Origin: an uncultured Acidimicrobiia bacterium
Lineage (GTDB): Bacteria > Actinomycetota > Acidimicrobiia > Acidimicrobiales > AC-14
Direction: 5' to 3'
DNA: 64,000 nucleotides
NCBI GenBank assembly: GCA_963836205.1
Contig: CAWIIV010000008.1
Location: forward strand, 32,001 to 96,000
The notes below the pieces were generated by a model. The model had not been told where the DNA came from, ran no database searches, and saw nothing but the letters and a program-made list of their open reading frames with translations. Of the stretch, positions 58,526 through 64,000 are shown piece by piece. A program made the position numbers and the translations under genes. The stretch's first letter is position 1; every line of letters starts with the position of its first letter.

Positions 58526-60808
58526 ATCGACACGCCCGCCGCCTCCGAACCCACCACCCCCCTTCCGCTCGTCGAGGCTGCCTACGCCCGCCTGGCCGAG
58601 CGAACGGCCGCCGCCCGCGCCCGCCTGGGGCGAGCCCTCACCCTGGCCGAGAAGATCCTCTTCGGGCACCTGGCCGGCGACCCCGGGCCCGACCCGGCCG
58701 GCGTCGAGCGGGGGAAGTCCTACGTCGAGCTCCAGCCCGACCGGGTGGCCATGCAGGACGCCACCGCCCAGATGGCCCTCCTCCAGTTCGCCACCGCCGG
58801 CCTTCCCCGGGTGTGCGTGCCGACCACGGTCCACTGCGACCACCTGATCCTGGCCCAGGTGGGGGCGGCCGCCGACCTGCTCTCGGCCAAGGAGACCAAC
58901 CGGGAGGTCTACGACTTCCTGTCCAGCACCTCGGCCAAGTACGGGATCGGGTTCTGGCAGCCGGGCTCGGGGATCATCCACCAGGTCGTCCTCGAGCGCT
59001 ACGCCTTCCCCGGCGGGATGATGATCGGCACCGACAGCCACACACCCAACGCCGGCGGCCTGGGCATGGTTGCGATCGGCGTGGGCGGGGCCGACGCGGT
59101 CGACGTGATGACGGGCGGCACGTTCGGCCTCCGGTGGCCGTCGCTCGTGGGCGTCCGCCTCACCGGGCGGCTGTCGGGGTGGACGTCGCCCAAGGACGTG
59201 ATCCTCCGGGTGGCCCAGATCCTCACCGTCAAGGGCGGCACCGGCGCCATCGTCGAGTACTTCGGACCGGGCACCTCGGCCATCAGCGCCACCGGCAAGG
59301 CCACCATCTGCAACATGGGGGCCGAGATCGGCGCCACCACGTCGGTCTTCCCGTTCGACGAGCGCGCCGCCGTATACCTCAACGCCACTGGGCGCAAGGC
59401 GCTGGCCATGGCCGCCGAGCTGGCGGGGGCCGACCTGCGAGCCGACGACGAGGTCGACGCCGACCCGTCCGCCTACTTCGACCGGGTCATCGAGATCGAC
59501 CTGTCCACCCTCGAGCCCCACGTGGTCGGCCCCCACACCCCCGACCTGGCCCGGGAGGTGTCGGCCATGGGGGCGGAGGCCAAGGCCGCCGGATGGCCGC
59601 TGCACCTGTCCCAGGCCCTGGTCGGGTCGTGCACCAACTCGTCCTACGAGGACATCAGCCGGGCCGCCAGCGTCGCCCGCCAGGCGGCGGCGGCCGGCCT
59701 GCGCACGAAGACCCCGCTGCTCATCACCCCCGGGTCGGAGACGGTGCGGGCGACGGTCGAGCGCGACGGGCTGCTGGCCGACCTCGAGTCGATCGGCGCC
59801 AGCGTGCTGGCCAACGCCTGCGGTCCGTGCATCGGCCAGTGGGCTCGCTCCGACGTAGTCGACGGCCAGGTCAACTCCATCATCAGCTCGTTCAACCGCA
59901 ACTTCCCCAAGCGCAACGACGGCAACGCGTCGACCCTCGCCTTCATCGCCTCGCCCGAGACCACCGTCGCCTACGCCCTGGCCGGCACCCTCGACTTCAA
60001 CCCGCTGGAGGACGAGCTCGACGGCGTCCGCCTGGCCGAACCCTTCGGCGACGAGCTGCCGGCGAGCGGCTTCGTCGGCGGCGACGAGGGCTACGTCGCC
60101 CCCCCGGAGGACGGTTCCGACATCGACGTCGTCGTCGACCCGGCCAGTTCCCGGCTGCAACGGCTGGAGCCCTTCCCCCCGTGGGACGGGCAGGATTTCG
60201 TGCGCCTCCGGGTGCTGCTCAAGGCCGTCGGCAAGTGCACCACCGACCACATCTCCGCCGCCGGCCGGTGGCTGCGCTACCGGGGCCACCTGGAGAACAT
60301 CAGCCGCAACCTGTTCCTGGGGGCCATCAACGCCTTCACCGGCGAGCCCGGCACCGGCCTGTGCGCCATCCACGGCCAGACCGAGCCCCTGCCCGACGTG
60401 GCCCAGCACTACCGCGACGCGGGACAAGCGTGGGTGGCGGTGGGCGACGAGAACTACGGCGAGGGGTCGTCCCGGGAGCACGCGGCCATGGAGCCCCGGT
60501 TCCTCGGGGGACGGGTGATCATGGTCCGCTCGTTCGCCCGCATCCACGAGACCAACCTCAAGAAGCAGGGCGTGCTGCCCTTGGTCTTCGCCGACCCGGC
60601 CACGTACGACCTGGTGGGCGCCGACGACCGCATTTCGGTGCTCGGTCTGGCCGGGCTGGCCCCGGCGGTGCCGGTGGACTGCCGCCTCGACCGGCCCGAC
60701 GGTTCCACCGCCGACTTCCAGTGCGTCCACAGCCTGTCCGAGGAGCACATCGAGTGGTTCCGGGCCGGGAGTGCCCTCAACCTCATCCGGCAGCGATTCC
60801 AGGACTAG
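58526..60808 (+). CDS. acnA: Aconitate hydratase (mitochondrial-type); start appears as ATC
   Basis: LTLAEKIL, PDRVAMQDATAQMALLQF, HCDHLI, GTDSHT, GSCTNSSYED, NACGPCIG, CTTDHIS, NYGEGSSREHAA. Confidence 0.95.
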   Translation: MDTPAASEPTTPLPLVEAAYARLAERTAAARARLGRALTLAEKILFGHLAGDPGPDPAGVERGKSYVELQPDRVAMQDATAQMALLQFATAGLPRVCVPTTVHCDHLILAQVGAAADLLSAKETNREVYDFLSSTSAKYGIGFWQPGSGIIHQVVLERYAFPGGMMIGTDSHTPNAGGLGMVAIGVGGADAVDVMTGGTFGLRWPSLVGVRLTGRLSGWTSPKDVILRVAQILTVKGGTGAIVEYFGPGTSAISATGKATICNMGAEIGATTSVFPFDERAAVYLNATGRKALAMAAELAGADLRADDEVDADPSAYFDRVIEIDLSTLEPHVVGPHTPDLAREVSAMGAEAKAAGWPLHLSQALVGSCTNSSYEDISRAASVARQAAAAGLRTKTPLLITPGSETVRATVERDGLLADLESIGASVLANACGPCIGQWARSDVVDGQVNSIISSFNRNFPKRNDGNASTLAFIASPETTVAYALAGTLDFNPLEDELDGVRLAEPFGDELPASGFVGGDEGYVAPPEDGSDIDVVVDPASSRLQRLEPFPPWDGQDFVRLRVLLKAVGKCTTDHISAAGRWLRYRGHLENISRNLFLGAINAFTGEPGTGLCAIHGQTEPLPDVAQHYRDAGQAWVAVGDENYGEGSSREHAAMEPRFLGGRVIMVRSFARIHETNLKKQGVLPLVFADPATYDLVGADDRISVLGLAGLAPAVPVDCRLDRPDGSTADFQCVHSLSEEHIEWFRAGSALNLIRQRFQD

Positions 60809-60817
60809 GAGGACGTC

Positions 60818-61168
60818 ATGCCCAACCCGATCCTGCATTTCGAGATCATGGGAAGCGACCCGGCCGCGACACAGAAGTTCTACGCCGACGTCTTCGGCTG
60901 GGACGTCAACGCCGACAACCCCATGAACTACGGCGTCGTCACCGCCCAGGAGGAGAAGGGCATCGGCGGCGGGATCGGCGCCAACCCCCAGGGCGCCACC
61001 TACGTCACCGTCTACGCGGCCGTGCCCGACCTCCAGGCCACGCTCGACCAGGCCGAGGCCGCCGGCGGCACCACCGTGATGTTCCCCACCGAAATCCCCG
61101 GCGTGGTCACCATGGCCATGTTCAAGGACCCCGACGGCAACCTGATCGGCATCATCAAGGACGCATAG
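60818..61168 (+). CDS. VOC/glyoxalase family protein
   Basis: HFEI..D....FY..VFGW, GIGGGI, FKDPDGNLIG; GGAGG RBS. Confidence 0.9.
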   Translation: MPNPILHFEIMGSDPAATQKFYADVFGWDVNADNPMNYGVVTAQEEKGIGGGIGANPQGATYVTVYAAVPDLQATLDQAEAAGGTTVMFPTEIPGVVTMAMFKDPDGNLIGIIKDA

Positions 61169-61372
61169 TCGAACCACGACGATTCGGCCGCGTGAAGTGT
61201 TCCGTGCGGCGGTTGGGTCGTGATCTGGCCCGGATCCTCCCAGTTCACGACGATTCGGGCGCAGGGAGTGTTTCGTGCGGCCAAATCGTCGTCGGTGCCG
61301 GCGCAGTGTGGGACCGGACCGTGGGTCGGCGTCCGAACTGACTCGTGGCTGGCGAGGGTAGGTTGGCTGTTC

Positions 61373-62458
61373 ATGGCACCTACTCCCGGGCCCGACTTCA
61401 AGCCCCTCGTTCAGGAGGTCGCCCGGTTGGGCGGCGACCTCTCCCAGGTGTGGCCCCAGCTCGACGAACGCCTGCGGCCGGTTCTCGGCTACGACTCGTC
61501 CACCTTCTGCACCATCGACCCGTCCACCCTCTTGTGGACCAGCCGGTCGGTCATCGGGATCGACTCGAGCCCGGCCCGCGAGCGCAAGGCCCTCGAGCTC
61601 GAGTTCCGGGGCGACGACCTCAACAGCTTCCCCAACCTGCTCATGCAGCAGATGCCGATCGGCAACCTCCACACCACCAGCGGCGGCAACCTGGCCAAGT
61701 CGATCCGGTACGACTCCCTCCTGCGCGAGCTCGACCTGGCCGACGAGGTGCGGGCCGTGGTCCGGTCCGAGGGTCTCAACTGGGGCATCCTCACCCTGTA
61801 CCGCAAGCGCCCGGCGGAGCCGTTCGTCTACCGCGAGCTGCGATCCATCCGCGACGCCCTGGAGCCATTCGGCGAGCTGCTCCGGCTGCGCATGCTCCAG
61901 TCGGCGGCCGTCGAGCCTGGCACCATCGAACGGCCCCCGGGCCTCATCCAGGTTTCCGCCGACGGCAAGGCGGAAGACGCCTCCCCCGCGGCCGCGGCCC
62001 GCCTGGAGACGGTCGGCGACCCGTCCGCCGTCGCCGCTGCTGTCGCCGAGGTGGTGGCCGCCTTCAACGCCGGCGATGCCCTGGCCCACGTCACCATGCC
62101 CACCGGCGAGGAGACGTCGGTCACCCTCCACGCCTCTGTCGGCGCCGACGGCAAGCTCGCCATCGTCGTAGAGGAGGACCGGATCGTCCTGCTCGACCAG
62201 CGCATCGCCGACGACTACAAGTTCACCGAGGACGAAGTCGAGATCCTGCCCTTCTACGCCCAGGGCCGCACCACCCGCACCATCGCCCAGATCCTCACCA
62301 TCGACGCCTTCACCATCCAGGAATGGCTCATCAGCATGTTCGCCAAGACGGGCACCAAGAACCGGGCCGACTTCCTCGCCACCATCTACGCCAGCCACTT
62401 CGAGGAGCGGTTCGCAGCCGGGGTCCGGCCCAGTCCCTACGGCTTCTTCGTCGAGTAG
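61373..62458 (+). CDS. GAF + LuxR-type HTH transcriptional regulator
   Basis: TIDPSTLL, DEVRAV..WG.L.L.R, C-terminal T..E.EIL..G.T...IA..L.I...T....L..MF.K.G.KNR. Confidence 0.82.
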   Translation: MAPTPGPDFKPLVQEVARLGGDLSQVWPQLDERLRPVLGYDSSTFCTIDPSTLLWTSRSVIGIDSSPARERKALELEFRGDDLNSFPNLLMQQMPIGNLHTTSGGNLAKSIRYDSLLRELDLADEVRAVVRSEGLNWGILTLYRKRPAEPFVYRELRSIRDALEPFGELLRLRMLQSAAVEPGTIERPPGLIQVSADGKAEDASPAAAARLETVGDPSAVAAAVAEVVAAFNAGDALAHVTMPTGEETSVTLHASVGADGKLAIVVEEDRIVLLDQRIADDYKFTEDEVEILPFYAQGRTTRTIAQILTIDAFTIQEWLISMFAKTGTKNRADFLATIYASHFEERFAAGVRPSPYGFFVE

Positions 62459-62518
62459 GGGCGACGGTCAGGCCCGGTCGAGCCTGTCCCCCCGCCCGTT
62501 CACCTAGACTGGCTGCCA

Positions 62519-62968
62519 ATGGCACGGAACAACGACCGCGATCGCGGCAAGAAGCGGACGCCGGTCCGCGACCTCAACCGGCGCGGGAAGCCCAAGGTTT
62601 GCATCTTCTGCCGCGACCACATCGTCTTCGTGGACTACAAGGACGTCAACCTCCTCCGCCGGTTCATCAGCGACCGGGCCAAGATCAAGGCCCGTCGCAC
62701 CACCGGCACGTGTGTCCAGCACCAGCGCGACGTGGCCGTCGCCATCAAGACGGCCCGCGAGGTGGCGCTCATCCCCTACACCCAGCGCACGGTCAGCGAC
62801 AAGGCCGGCGGGCGTGAGGGTCGAGGCGGCGGCGGTGGGCGCGGTCGACCGCCGTCCGACCGGGCTGCCATCCCCGATCCCGACGTCGCCGTCGTGGGCG
62901 CGGTGATCGACGACGACTCCGTCGACGAACTGGACACCGACGACATCTACGCCGTCCCGGAGCTGTAG
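62519..62968 (+). CDS. rpsR: 30S ribosomal protein S18 with C-terminal extension
   Basis: [56 protein letters not shown]; TAGACT -10 box 8 nt before the ATG. Confidence 0.95.
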   Translation: MARNNDRDRGKKRTPVRDLNRRGKPKVCIFCRDHIVFVDYKDVNLLRRFISDRAKIKARRTTGTCVQHQRDVAVAIKTAREVALIPYTQRTVSDKAGGREGRGGGGGRGRPPSDRAAIPDPDVAVVGAVIDDDSVDELDTDDIYAVPEL

Positions 62969-63098
62969 CCGCAGCTCCAGGCAGTCCCCTGGCGCCCGCC
63001 GGGTCTGGTCCTGAACCCGGTCAACCTCGACCCGTTGGCCGAGGCCTGACCGTGGCTGGTGCCCGTTCGCCGGGATCGTTCGAGTTCGACGCCGCCGT

Positions 63099-64000
63099 CT
63101 ACCGGGCCGACGGACGGATGCCTGCACCGTCGGGCTGAGCCGCCCCTCCTGCCGCGGGCCAACCGCCGGCCGCCAGCAGGTCCTGCTCCCCCAGCGTCCG
63201 CCACAGCTCCTCGGCCAGGTGGGGGGCCAGGGGCGCCAGCATCTGCACGAGGGCGCGGACGCCGACGGCCAGGGCTCGCCCGTCGTCCGCAGCGAGGTGG
63301 TCGGAGCGCCGGCGGGCGGCGGTGTCGAACTGCTGGAGCCGGTCGAAGAGGAACCGGAGGTCCTTGGCCACCAGGTGGAAGGCGTTGCGGTGCATGCCCG
63401 CGGTGGCCTTGGCCACGGCCGTCCCCACCCACCCGGCCAGGCTGCGCCGCAGCTTGGAGCTCCCGTCGCCGCCCCCGCCCCCGCCGCCCGCGCCCGCGGC
63501 GGCCGCCAGCTCGCCCTCCCGCTCGGTGACGAACCGCCACACCGCGGTCAGCCACGCCCGCTCCCGCGCCACCGAGGCGGTCGACCACTCGAAGTCGCTG
63601 GTGGGGCTGGCCGCGGCCAGGACCGCCAGCCGCACCGCGTCGGCCCCATACCGGTCGAGCAGGTCGACGACGCCCACCGAGTTCCCGGCCGATTTGCTCA
63701 TCTTCCGGCCGGCGGCCCGGACCATCCCGATGGCGAGCACCTCGTCGATGGGCTCCTCCCGGTCGACCACGCCGAGGGCGGTGAGCGACCGGGCCATGGT
63801 GCGGGCGTGGAAGAAACAGGTCGTGCTCTGCTCGACGCCGCCGACCATGAGGTCGACCGGCTGCCAGAGCCGGGCCTCGCCGTCGGCGAACGGATCCTCG
63901 GCGTCCGGAGCCTTGGCGCTCCACAGGTACCACCACGGGCTGCTGTAGGCACCGAGGGTCTCGGTGTCGCGCCGGGCCGCCCCCCGGCACGAGGGGCAGG
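63099..64000 (-). CDS. Leucyl-tRNA synthetase-like protein (partial; divergent paralog)
   Basis: CPSCGGAARRDTETL, WQPVDLMVGGVEQ, KMSKSAGN, YGADAVRL, LAPLAPHLAEELW. Confidence 0.85.
   Translation of the reverse strand, partial: CPSCRGAARRDTETLGAYSSPWWYLWSAKAPDAEDPFADGEARLWQPVDLMVGGVEQSTTCFFHARTMARSLTALGVVDREEPIDEVLAIGMVRAAGRKMSKSAGNSVGVVDLLDRYGADAVRLAVLAAASPTSDFEWSTASVARERAWLTAVWRFVTEREGELAAAAGAGGGGGGGDGSSKLRRSLAGWVGTAVAKATAGMHRNAFHLVAKDLRFLFDRLQQFDTAARRRSDHLAADDGRALAVGVRALVQMLAPLAPHLAEELWRTLGEQDLLAAGGWPAAGGAAQPDGAGIRPSAR

Noticed and set aside
58475-62398. Very long antisense and alternative-frame ORFs (1307 aa here; also 21226-23970, 4649-7246, 36044-38638, 45467-47785)
   Set aside because: Shadow ORFs of real genes in high-GC DNA, with no family motifs apart from the oxidase remnant at the end of 4649-7246.

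Overview
This is a high-GC actinobacterial window; the gene content suggests Acidimicrobiia, which is an inference. Housekeeping genes include pgi, an ATP-dependent DNA ligase, NAD kinase, gltB, a mitochondrial-type aconitase and a stand-alone rpsR. The main non-coding structure is a minus-strand tRNA-Val(CAC) at 14822-14893 with an atypical T-loop. Two degenerate copies of its 3' half lie downstream at 13496-13543 and 12395-12430. They separate small integrase-free cargo modules (CDF metal exporter, HEPN-like protein, decayed DUF433/PIN toxin-antitoxin pair), and 11-bp tandem repeats sit near both ends of the innermost module. Other notable items are an orphan contractile tail-sheath gene, two apparently dead proteases (caspase and metzincin folds), and an FAR-HAD / Zn-dehydrogenase / LarA-like / acyltransferase lipid operon. 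There is also an ECF sigma factor coupled to an anti-sigma-like protein fused to a glutamate-binding domain, facing an S12+S41 peptidase fusion. A decayed Tn3-like region spans about 41-52.6 kb, and a divergent, truncated LeuRS paralog lies at the right edge. Some frameshifts may be sequencing errors. All family calls come from motif recognition by eye, not database searches.
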